Positions 49,657 through 61,130 of a stretch of 64,000 bases of DNA are shown piece by piece (positions within the stretch are counted from its first letter, which is position 1; each line of letters opens with the position of its first letter). The stretch is from Camelus dromedarius. Taxonomy: Eukaryota. A model generated the notes under the pieces. That model did no database searches and was not told where the DNA came from. It saw only the letters and a program-made list of their open reading frames with translations. The position numbers and the translations under genes were made by a program. The DNA lies in contig NC_087436.1 in the NCBI RefSeq assembly GCF_036321535.1, forward strand, positions 95,358,001 to 95,422,000, written 5' to 3'.

Positions 49657-49665
49657 ATGAAAGAA
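49392..49665 (+). mobile_element. Full-length tRNA-Ala-derived SINE (vic-1 type) with an expanded (GAAAGGAA)n(GAAA)n tail
   Basis: A box 'agctcaagtggtagag' and B box 'gggttcaatccc'. Perfect 16-bp TSD agaaatccccagatca (49376-49391 and 49666-49681). Confidence 0.95.
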
Positions 49666-51899
49666 AGAAATCCCCAGATCAAAGAGCCTCCGAGGGTATT
49701 CAGTATTGTGGATGTTACCCTTCTTCATTAATTTTTATTTTGGCTTAGTGATTTAGTATCTTTTCTTCTTTGGTAGTTTCCATTTATCATAAAGAGTTTA
49801 CAAGTATTTCAAAACACGTTCAGCTATCAGGAGGCTTGCTTTGCATCCAGCCACGCTGGGCGTATCAACTTCTTGGGCATCGCTCATGCCTCGTGTCACC
49901 TTCATCGGGCTGTTTAATTGACTTGCATGCTTTGGGCCATCTGACCTGGTAGTGACTTTCTGTGTTGCTTTCCTGAATAACTAATGATAGATGTTATACC
50001 TACAAGTATTAACCACTCCCGATGTAAGTTGGACTTGTTGGGCAACATTAAATGCTCTTAAAGTGGCCTTCTTTTCCTGATGGACTTTCTTGGGTATCAA
50101 GCACCTCACCCCACTACCTACCTGTTGAGGAAGACTATGACTGTGGCCACTTCACCCTGTCTCCCAGGCAAGCCATCCTCACACCTGGAAGAGAACACTT
50201 GTTTAGCAGAGCTCATTCTTTTGACTGGTGGGTAATTAGTTGTGATGACCCAGTTCCTACTGAATGACTAGGAATGTTTTCTTTGTGAAAATAACCTTCT
50301 AGAGGAGAGTGACAATACAGATACTAGTTGTTGGGATGGCCCAGGGCCAGTCCAGAGGTATCAAGACTAAACTCTTATCTTTGGGATTGAATTCTGTTGG
50401 ATTGTCACTGGGAGTAGGGAAGAGGGTTGGCAAGAGAGGCGATAAAGTCCTATTTCCCTGGGCAGTTCTACTTTGTTGGACAATGCAGGCAAATTATAGG
50501 CTGGATGACACTATTTGGGACATGTGCTGATGTGTTAAAAAGAGATGACTACTCTGATTTTTCCAGTGGTCAATTTCATCTTATGCCATTTTATCTTCAG
50601 ATTGACCTTTTCTGTGGATTTGGTTGTCTTTTGCTAGCCCTCACTGGATTTACCCAATTGCCGCTTCCTGGCAGCTGGGGACCAGGGAAACATTGCAGGA
50701 GTCATAACATCAAAAAAGGAGAGTGTGCCTGGAGTGGATGTGTTGCTTTTCATGATTAAAGCCTGAAAAATTAAGAAAAATTTTTTTTCTCCCATTCTCT
50801 AGATCTTTGTGTTGTTTTCTAGAAAACAGATTTACACATATTTTAGAATGTAGGATAAACTGATTAAGAAAGTATGATCATAGTGACTACTCTGTGATCT
50901 CCAGAATCCATTCAGGGACAGCCTGTTGTAAAGGAAAGGGCAGGAGCATTGGCGTCTGCAGGACATGGGTTCAAATCCTATTGTTGGCTCCTACTAATGT
51001 GAACAGAAGGATTCTATGAGGTTCAAAGTATCCGATACCTAATAGTGTAGTTTATTGTACAATAGGAACATTTTAAAAAGTAAAACTAAGTGATCTTGAA
51101 CCTTTGGGAAGTGTATATGCCATGCTAAAGTAAACTGCTGGCAACCCCCGGAGATTCTACCACTTTTGTAAGAGAAGGTGGCGGTGGGCAGCCTCTTCTC
51201 TGCTTGCAGCCTCCCTCTTGTTGCATTTTGATCTTGAGATTGGTGGCTGTCTTCCTGTATCCTCAAAGGACTTATGGTTTAGTGGACACTGAGAGTAGCA
51301 CCCACTTGTTCCTGCAGAGATGGGAAACAAGGGGCTTATTGGCCATCTCGCTCAAAAGGCTCTGGACAGGAGGAGAAAGAGGAAGTGAAGAGATTTGGGA
51401 GCTGGAAGGAGATGAGTGCTCTCTGTATCTGCCTGGCAGACTAAAAGCTCCTAAGTGCGGAAAACATAATAACCGCCTTTGTTTGCTGGAAGGTTGCTAG
51501 TGTCTTTGGTTTTCAAGTTTTTGCCTGCTTTGTAGAGGCGGGCAGAAAGCCAGTGAGGCTACATTCTCTTGAATTCACCATGATATTAAAAAATTATTTT
51601 AATTTGTTGGAATGCAAATTCAAGAGGAAAATGTGGAATTGGTGCATAAATCCATATTTTTAAGCCTAATAAGTCAGAAGCATTATAATTTTGCGAGAAA
51701 ACCACCAAACGTGAAATTTTAATGCTAGTAACTTAGCAAAGTCATCTTAATCACATGCACTAAAAATATTGCAGACATTTATCTCCCCCCCTCACCAGCC
51801 CCACTACGTTTCCATTAAAAGTAGGGGAAGGTGAAGAAAAGTTCATTTCCCCTCCTTTATGCATTACAACATTTTAGTAGCTACCTTTGTATTATTGAT

Positions 51900-52260
51900 T
51901 ATCCTGTGGAGGTAAATGTGTGGATTCTGCCTCAGTTTGCATGCCAGCTCCACCTCTTGTAAGCAAATCCTTTAACCTCTCTGTGATGTGGTTTCTTGTA
52001 AAATGGGATTATTGTAAGGATTAAATGAGCGAATGTGTGAAGTGCTTGGCAATTAAGCATTATCTAAGTGTAATACATTCTGCTTCTTCTTATAGACCAT
52101 CAGTTTATTTTCACTAAATTTTTGTGAGCAAGATTAAGCAGGAATTATTAATGCCCTTGTGGGGGAAATAAAATTCAGAAGGACAGATCACCTTCCCTGG
52201 GGTCAAATATTTAGTAAGCTGTAAAAGTGGGATTCAAATTCAAGCCGCCTGGCTTTTCAC
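51900..52260. mobile_element. Two MIR fragments in opposite orientation
   Basis: 'tttaacctctctgtga...gtaaaatgggattattgtaaggattaaatgag' (+) and 'gggattcaaattcaagccgcctggct' (-). Confidence 0.65.
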
Positions 52261-55200
52261 TATATTTCCCCTAAGTCCAGGAAATTTTGCACTTTTAGTC
52301 TTCTCCTTAATGCTCAGGGAGAGTGTTAAGCACAACTACTGATCAAACATGACTTCTTCAAATACGTAGTTATTGATTGACTAGAATGACTGAGAAGTAG
52401 ATACTGCCTAAAGGAATATTGGTAAACATTCTCTGATAGAATATCCCAAACATTCAAGCATTTTAGAGGATTTTTTCCTCTTGGACTAAACAAATGTTTT
52501 ATTATTTTTTTGGTCAGACTGAATAAAGACAACTGACACTCAAGCCATCGCTCTGCCAAATTCAACAACCAGGAGTGAACAGGTCCCCATGCGGGATGAT
52601 ATGACACAAAAAGCCATGTTACAAATGATGCAGTCATTGGAAATGAAGCTTTTGCACAATCCGAAAGTATGATTAATCTCACGAGAGATCTATTTCCATA
52701 TCTTCTGTCTACAACGTAGCTATCATTACTTCTAATCAAAACACTGAAGCCTGAATCACCCTGACAGGGCCTGAACAACAGTGTCTGTGACAAGGAGCAG
52801 GATTTCAGAAGAAATCCCTTCATTTTGTTTATGTGTCTACTTGGAAGCTGTAGGAGTCCGAGAAGGGGAGGAGTTGATGGTTATATTATTTTGTACATTG
52901 TTATATTGTACAATTGTGTGTGTGAGAGAGAGATGTGAGAATAAGAGAGAGAGAGAGAGAGAGAGAGAAATTGACAATAACTTGGAAAAGCAAAGATGAG
53001 GACACGATGCTTGTTAGAAATAGATAAAGTTACCGTAAGGAAGTTTGTTCTATTTCTTTTCAGGTTTTAGAAACTGTTTCTAAATTGAATTCACAGAATT
53101 TTACTACTGAGAGGAATCTTAGAACTTATTTGCACAACTTTTTCATCAAGTAGGCAATTGAGACCCAGAAGGATCAGCAGTTCCTCCAATGTCACAATGC
53201 GAGTTACGTCTAACCAAGTCGAGATCAGGTCTTTAGATCCCCTTTTTGATTCAGCAGCAGCTCACTGTAGACTCCTATGCCTGATATGTTGTTGGTACCC
53301 TGCAAATATTTGATGAAGAAAAGAATGAATGAATGAATGAATGAATGGCTCTATCTCTCATGCCTTTTGTTTGTGGACCATTTTTGTACCCCAAATTAAG
53401 GAAAAGCCAAAAGAGATTGTGTTGTGCTCTGTAGTTGGGCACAGAGATTGAGAAAACAAAGTTTCTAGTTCCAGCACAGAGACATCAGAAAAATGACCCC
53501 ACTTCTTTTTTACTTTTCTGTTTGCCAAGGAAGGAATCATTCAGCAGAGATGCGTCTGCTGAGAGGGACAGGCTCTAAAGTCAGCCACAAGATAAAAATC
53601 ACAGATAATCAAACCTGCCCTTGAAACTCTCTTAGGGAGGTACCATGCTGGAGCCTGGAATACTGTTTATCAACCAGGTTACCTCCATCATTGGAGCACG
53701 TGGCTGTTTTCTTGTCTGAGCAGTGAAGCAGTTAGCTTGAATTTGGGGGTCATGTGTATAAAAAGTGTGCCTTTCAAGCAAAAGACTGCACAGGGGATGG
53801 TCTGTAGGCATGGAGACAGACCTAGGTCAGAACAGATTTATTGGTCCTGTCTCATATTCACTCTGGGGCACATGCTTTTTAAAGACTAATATCCATTCTC
53901 TCTCTCTCTCATTCTCACATATAATCAAGCTTACAAAAATTTAATGTGTATAAGATTTGACTCCACTGTTCTACCTAGTCTGTTGGGAAGGCTGAACTAA
54001 GCACTGATAAAGTATCTTGAATCAAAATCTATATTAAAGGTATTTATTTTATCCTATGGGGTTTCTTAGATAAAGATGAGATGGCTAAACTCTAGAATTA
54101 GATAAATTCACTGGCAGTGCTATGCTTTTTTTTTTTTTTTTTGCTGTGGAGGCTTAAAAAAAGAGGAAGTTTTAGTATGGATATGTCCGAGAAAAGGAGA
54201 ATACATTATAAGATGACTGAACTTAGAGAAATTTAACTGCAAAAGGCAGTCAGCCTATGCCACTCTCACCCTCCTCCCCTCTCTCTTAAAAACAACCCCC
54301 AAACCCCTGGTTTACTGAGATGCGCTCTTTACGACTTGATTCAGGCATCCAAGCCTTCTGTTCTCAATGGGCTGTTTGTTGCTCTTTCTGCATCTCTGTC
54401 CTGCTTCCTCCCTTTTCCTCCTACCCATCTCTACTCCTCAGTCTCCATTCTCACTCTTTTTTATGCTGCAGCTTCACTGTGGACACAGACCGTGGTGCCA
54501 GGGAGACTTTCATGAGAATTTCTTAAACTTACTAACAAGTAATCAACTCTTGCAGGCACTATGAAGGGGGACTTTGGACAGAGACACCTTGTTGATTTCC
54601 TGGAGCAATACCTGGGGAATTATTTTTTGGCTCCAAGAGGATAATATTTTAAGTTGTTATATATTTGCTGATCTTGGGGAGATTGTTGGAACCATTCAGC
54701 ATGCACAGGAAGCTTGGGCTCTTGGCCTAGTCGGCTCAGAGTCTAAATATTTGGAGGATGAATACTTGAAAATGCATTTAAACATTTAAAGCATTTTATT
54801 TGTTTTTCCAGTAAGTCTCATTGTTAGTGAGATACAGTTCTGCAGCAAGACTCTATCTGCTGGAGGCATGAACCTCCTGGACAAGTCCAGGCTGGGGCCC
54901 CACCTTAGGTCTTGGTGCGAAGCCAGGGAGGTGCATGTCTATTGGCTAATGTCCACACCTGTGAAATGGGTTATTGTTACAATCACTCACCTTCAACGCC
55001 TGCGTTCTAAAGCCATGCTTGGAGTCTGACCCAACTCTGCACTGAAACCAGGAGTGGAACTTACACACACACACACACACCATTTTCAAACCAAATACTG
55101 CAATGTTTCCCTTCTTTTGTCAGCGTTGCATCTTTATTATTATTGCCAACTTTCAACTCTACTCTGATGAGCATATGTACTCAGAGAATACAAACTAATA

Positions 55201-55489
55201 TGAATGCATTTGATTATGTAAAATGTAATCAGGAAAGCAAAATTGCTGTAAAAGCAGCCTGTGTGGTTATAGAACTCAGAACCAATTATAAGCAATTGAG
55301 GGATTTTCCATGTTCTTTAGAACCACTGATATACTTTAGGGCCTCAGTGATATCAACTATTTGCTATCTTAATCAAATTATCTAGATAATTGCCAAATAT
55401 CTACTTTGTTATGCTGTTGAGTCCCAAATCCTCATCGTCTCAGTGGAATGGGAGCGAGCAGCAGTTTCATTTCTGAAATTTGAGGTAGA

Positions 55490-55830
55490 TAGGGTTGGGG
55501 ACGGTGGGTGGAGTGGGGTGGGATGGGCGTGCACCCGGACTGGTGATTGCCATGGTAAGGTGTCCTAGACAACATGATAATAACCCTCTCAATAGAATTA
55601 CGGATTCGATAGCCATAGTAAAAATTATATTAAACTGGGTCCAATGCGCAGACCATCAGCCTCAGATAAACAAAGTGTAAGAGAAGCATTTCAAGAGGGA
55701 CTGACTTGTGAATCCAGGAAGCTAAAAACAGGCCAGAGAGGTGCTCGCTGGAAGAGACAATACTTTTCACCTTTGAAAAAGCTTTGCCCAACCTAATTAA
55801 AATGCCTAACCTAATTAAAAATCCACCATA
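55490..55830. promoter_or_regulatory. Candidate enhancer: G4 tract, tandem X-box-like sites, duplicated homeodomain site
   Basis: Repeat-free with retained CpGs. ATTGCCATGGTAAG then GTGTCCTAGACAAC (55546-55573), AGATAAACA, and an 18-bp tandem repeat containing CTAATTAA. Confidence 0.35.
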
Positions 55831-56789
55831 ATTCCCTGGGTGGCCCCTCATTCCACCCCTTTCCATTGTTAAGATGCTAATAGGACCACTTAGATGAAAA
55901 ATTATTGAACCGGAGTCTATCTAAGTGCACCCACATACTCCCCAGCCTACTGAGTTGGAGCAAAGGTGCTAGTGATTTGTACAGTGGATGGCGGTGTCTC
56001 ACTCAGCAATGATGTATGATGTGGATTAGTGCAGTGCGGCCATCTGCTGTTGAGGAGGGTGATAGAATCTGTTCCCTGGTGGCAGACGACTCCCCAGCGC
56101 TGGCCAGCTGGCTCCGAGTGGACGAAGTTGGACAGGGTCAGGGATGCCCCAGCAGTCCTCTGGGGAAATAACTCAAGGGCCTCTCCCTTAGGTGCTTATA
56201 TTTGTTTTGTCCCTGTCTTCTTCGTGTGTACACATACACTGGAGAGCTGATATAATGCGACACACTTTGGAACACAGAGAAGAGGGAGAGAGTACATGCC
56301 CACCATGAAGGTTAAAAGTTACTGGTCTTAAACATGAGATGTAACTTTGAGTTTCCTGGTAGCCTGGGCAAAAAGAAGAAACCTAAGTCATATGGCTCAT
56401 ATTATCTGGGAAAAGAAGCAAAAAAAAAAAAAAAAAGCAAATAAAACTTTTCTTAACTGCAGTTGTAAAATTTGTGTTTTCACATTTGACTTGATAGAGG
56501 GGAGAAACTGAATTTCTCAAGATGTATGTATATTACAAAATGTCAAACTGCTAGAGTGTCTGGCCTCTTGACAGGGGAAGGACCAGAACATGGATCCCCT
56601 AATGACTAATGAGCAGTAGGTAGCACTCAGCAGTTCCCTGGGACTGGATGATTCAATCTTACTTCTTGAGAACTAATAGGATCATGATTTTTTTATCTTC
56701 TCCTCTTTGTATATCTGGATTTTCTAAAATTTCCACCATGAACATGTATTACGTCATTGGGCAAATGGGCTGGTTCTGGGTCTGCTTGA

Positions 56790-57270
56790 CCTGTGATCCA
56801 TGCCTTACCCTCCCTTCCCTGGCTGTGTATTCAGGGGGCTGACCCCTCCAGGCTGATGTTCTTGGGCCCCGTGGCAGCGGCTCCCAACTGGGTTTGGCCC
56901 ATGGAGGCTCTGGTGGGAGTTTGGAGACAAGGAAGGAGGGAGAAGGCGGGGCGTTTCTCCCTCTCCCTCGGCACTGGGGTGATATCTCTGGCAGCTGCTG
57001 CCTCTCTTCCTTGGCTCCAGCTCACTCAGGAAACCTGCCATAGTTCTCACTTCCTCTGGGTAATCCCAGGCGCAGGGCTCGGGTAGCATCACCTCCTCCC
57101 TTTGTCCCTCCAGCCTGGGAGTGGCGGTGACTTCCTGCCGCGGCTAGTCTCTGGATTGCCTCACCATCCCTTGTTTGGCTTCTAAATGTCTTTCATCTCA
57201 GTACATTAAACTTCCTCTGTTTAAAATATTTAGACTGATTTCTGTCTTCTTGGTTGGTCCCTGACACAAA
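56790..57270 (+). mobile_element. LTR33-like ERVL solo LTR
   Basis: The 3' end 'attaaacttcctctgtttaaaatatttagactgatttctgtcttcttggttggtccctgac' matches the recalled LTR33 terminus. Confidence 0.7.
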
Positions 57271-57591
57271 GAAACAAAAATGCATTTAAAATAAAAACCA
57301 ATGGGACAAAACATTTGAGAGGAACGTGAGTTGGAGATGTAACCAAAAGAAGCAAAAGACAACAGATCATGGCGCCCCCCCCCCAACAAAGGCGCGTCCA
57401 TTCTTAGTGCACAACAGCTGGAAAGGACTTCTGGTCATGGAAGGGCCTCTTTGGGCACATTCACACACACAAATAACAATTTTATTTAGAATTATTGGCT
57501 CCAGAAGTGAAAGGTAACAATATGTAACTTATAGAGGAAAAAAAAACCCCATAGGATTTACAGTCCTAAGTCATGAATTAATGTCCTGACT

Positions 57592-58117
57592 TGTGGTGGA
57601 TGCTGTGGTTGACTCTGCAGCCTCCATTCCATCCCTTCCACATGCCATAGCAGCCGTGGGGTTTGGAGGGGACTAATCCAACCTCCAGCTTTTGGGTTAT
57701 GGTCTTGATGGACCTGGTCATTGGCTTATGCATCGGTATGTACCCAAGGCCTGAGTCAATCAGTATATGGCATTCCCCTGGCCCCTGATGTGATAAAAGT
57801 GAGGCCTGGGTCTCAAGTTTGATGATTGGAGAAAGAAAATTACTTTCTCCTTCTAGATAGTGTGATGGGCCTTACAACTGCTTCAGCGTTTTGCTACCAA
57901 ATGGAAAAAGAGCTTGAGAATACAGCTGACGGAAAAAAGAAGGTAAATTCAAGACAACCAAAATAAAACAGCAGGATTTCTGATCAAGCTGTGCCTGAAG
58001 CCCATTGCACCACTGGATCTTTTTCTGTTACAGAGTTTCATTATTCTATTTACTGTGTAGTATATTTTGATTGAGATTTTCTGTTACTTGCAACCAAAAG
58101 CATGCTAGTTGAGACAT
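57592..58117 (+). mobile_element. Old MLT1 (K-like) LTR
   Basis: Starts 'tgtggtggatgctgtggtt', has 'ctgatcaagctgtgcctgaagccc' and ends 'ttttctgttacttgcaaccaaaagcatgctagttgagaca'. Confidence 0.7.
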
Positions 58118-58119
58118 AG

Positions 58120-58290
58120 AACTGTTGTGTCATTGACTGTATGGCCTGGGGCCAATCACTGAATGTTTCTGATTTTTAGTGTCCTCATCTATAAAATGGA
58201 ACTCTCAAGACAATTTATCTTAAGGAATTTTTTTGAGGATCAAATGAGGTAATTAATGAGAATTTGTAATTTACAAAGCAATTGTTTGAA
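58120..58290 (+). mobile_element. MIR SINE
   Basis: 'tagtgtcctcatctataaaatggaa...ttgaggatcaaatgaggtaat'. Confidence 0.75.
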
Positions 58291-58439
58291 TCTTACCACA
58301 CATGTAATTTATTTCTATTGTTAATACAGTTTTTAAATCTCTCCTACATATAAAGAATCAATTTTATCAAGCCAAAGTTCTGTAATACCTATTTCATTGC
58401 TGTATTGTGCATATTCATCAAGATTAATCAGTAATAACC

Positions 58440-58760
58440 ATTATTTCACTCTATTTGCCCTAAATAATTTACTTTTCAAGTCCCAGGTGATATATGTCAT
58501 CTTGAAAGGATTCACCTCAAAACTCTCTGCCAAGTGGACATAAATTGAGTAACCCTCTGCGTGACTACACACAACTCGCTTGTAAAACATGTGGTTTTCA
58601 TTGCCATCTGGAGCAGCCCGTGAAAGTGGGTGTGTGACATTCCTCTCGCTGCGTGAAAGTTCGGGCATGTCCAAAAAAGGACCAGCTGGTCAGTTCTGCC
58701 CTTGCACTTTCTTGGAGTTGCTGCCTTGAGGTTGTTTGGTAACATAAGAGTGGTTCAGGC
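58440..58760. promoter_or_regulatory. Candidate enhancer with PAX-like cores and a p53-family half-site
   Basis: Repeat-free and CpG-retaining. GCGTGAC (58559), CCGTGAA (58618), GCGTGAA (58651) and GGGCATGTCC (58663-58672). Confidence 0.3.
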
Positions 58761-59079
58761 ACGAATCTTTAAAAGGGCTTCAAAACTAAGAACCCCCAGG
58801 GAAACAACACCCAGTGTTTAGATTTTTGTAATAACAAAATATTAAGGGTAATTAATTTATCAAGCCTAATTAGATAAGATATATAACATTTTAGGGCAAT
58901 GAAAATAAAAGTACAATAAATATACTTTATCTATGTTTTTGTTTTAGTAATTAGCATATCTTGGGACAGGACCTGGTATGGTCTTGAGGACTATGGCAGG
59001 TCAGGGCAGACAGAGAATGACTGGGACTGAGCACTTGACCCTCCCATGGGGCTGGGACAAGTCCAGAGGACAAGAGCTG

Positions 59080-59860
59080 CAAGTTCAGCCTTGATTTTTC
59101 TCATCAAGCACTGTTGATTCTACCTCCCATCCAGACCTCCCATCTCTCCTTTTTCTGTCTGCCTTGCCCCTGCACTGGCTCAGGTCCCCATTACACTCAC
59201 TTGGACTAGTCTCTCTGCCTCCAGCCTCAACCCCCTCACATTGTCCTCAACCCACATCTATTCATCCTCTACTCTGCTATCAGAGTCATCTTTTAAAATT
59301 ACACTATGCTGTTCCACTCCCTTCCTCCTTTAGAACTTTTCACTGGCTCCCTATGGCTGATCCTACAAAGCCCAGAGCCCTTAGCATGGCAAGACATTGT
59401 GGGATCTGACTCCTCTTCACATCCAATCCAGCTTCTCTCCCACCTCCCTTTCACTTCCTCCCCAAGTTCCTTCTTAACCAAATCAGAGATCTGGGGCATA
59501 GTTCTTCAAAGACAGTGGTTATCAGTTTGATGGTCCTAAAAATTACTTGAGCTTGTTTCAAATACAGATTCCTGGGCTACATTCTCATGAGATTATGATC
59601 CAGAGGACTGAGTCCAGGAATCTGAAATTTCTTAAGAACTTTGGCAAAGTCAGGTGCAGGTTGTCCTCAGACTGTCCTTAGAGAAACACTGTATGATAAC
59701 ACTTATCACTCTGTAGTCCATGTCTTTCTTTTCACATCTGCCTCCAACTAGAACTCCTTGAGGGCAAGCAACAGGTCTTTTTCAGATTTGTTTCCCCAGG
59801 ACCTGGCACAGTGTTCTGCACACACTGAGAGCTTGATGTGTGTTTGTTAAGTGAGTGAAT
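59080..59860 (+). mobile_element. LINE-2 3' fragments with a nested MER5-like MITE (about 59512-59691)
   Basis: L2: 'cactggctccctatggctga' and 'ctccttgagggcaag...ggacctggcacagtg'. MER5: 'cagtggttatcag...aatacagattcctgggc...ttagagaaacactg'. Confidence 0.75.
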
Positions 59861-60642
59861 GGATCACAGCAGAGCCAGTATCTAGAGGATAACGGAGGGA
59901 TGGGGCAGTCAGGGACCAGCGTATCGAGTGCAGGGGTTGGCAGGCCTGGAGAGCAGCAGTTCAGGGCTGGGAAATTTTGGAGGTGCCAGGGTGCTTCGGG
60001 GGAGATGTCAACCAAACCCTGGTCACTGGGCATGAGGTCAAAGGAGGATCCTGTTCTGTGGTGGTGGAAGAGATAGGGGTTAACAGTGGAGCATCAAGGC
60101 AATGACACCTGCACAAGGAAGGAGAATGGGACAGTTGGTGTAAGAGGGATCTGGAAGCTCTGGGCCATATAATCAGCATCAGAGTAGGAAAGAGAGGCTT
60201 GGTACTGAGTCCCAGGTTATTGCTCTAGAGAGAAGCAGTCAGCAAATTAGTCTCCCTTGGCATGGTGTTTTGAAAGCTAACGAACAAACAAAAGTCAAAT
60301 TTCCAAATTCCACCCCAGAGTCACTGAATGAGACTCTGGATGTGTGGAAGGAAATTCAGAGTTCTTTATGTAACTGAGCAGGACACTATTGTCATTGATG
60401 ACCATCTAATATTTGTAATGGTGTTTGTAACTGCTTAACTGTACAGTGGTTTAAAGGGTTTTTCTCAAGCTCTTGCTGACCAGGGTTGGGCTAGAGAGGA
60501 GGGAGGCTTGGGTGGTCCACCCAGTCCCCTCATGGTGCTGGTGCTGTAGGCAGGGATCATGCTCAGTGCCCTGATTTTTCCTCCAGTGCTCTGCTCTTGA
60601 CCCCAGTGCCCTCCTCATGACCCTTGTGCTTTCCTTACATCC

Positions 60643-61130
60643 TGTTGTTCAAGCTGCAGGCCTCAGCCTACAGTAGGAGGTCCCAGGCCTCAGCCTGCTA
60701 AAAGCATTTATCAACCTGACTTTAAACTGCACAAGTTTTTCTTTAGAGCTGTTTTCCAGGGAGCCCCTTCCTATGCATCCTTTGTTCCAGGTACAAGAAT
60801 GCTAAGCGAGTCCCCAAACCAGAGGTGAACTTCACACCCAGCAGAGGGAAGTGGACGGCTGCATCTGCAAAAACAAGAACAACTTTGCAACAATCTGTTA
60901 CCCTGTGTGCAGTCTCTGTGGAAACTAGCCCCACTCCTTGAACTCTTGAACTTTTACTACAAAACTCCCTGCCTTCTCTCCCCAGCAGGCTCAGAGTCTT
61001 GGAGCCATTAGCCCACTGTGGCCGCCTTTGCCTGGCAAAGAAATAAAGCTGCCTTTTCTACTTCATTCAAAACTCTGTCCTCGAGTGTCAGTTCAGTTAA
61101 GTGGGGTATGAAGGCCATGTTTCAGCAACA
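60643..61130 (+). mobile_element. ERV-like solo LTR
   Basis: TG...CA ends ('tgttg' ... 'tttcagcaaca'), TATA-like 'tactacaaaactccc', and AATAAA at 61041 after 'gcctttgcctggcaaag'. The 5' boundary is uncertain. Confidence 0.6.

Noticed and set aside
49410..49748. ORFs with KERK / FFLS repeats
   Set aside because: They are read-throughs of the SINE's (GAAA)n tail.
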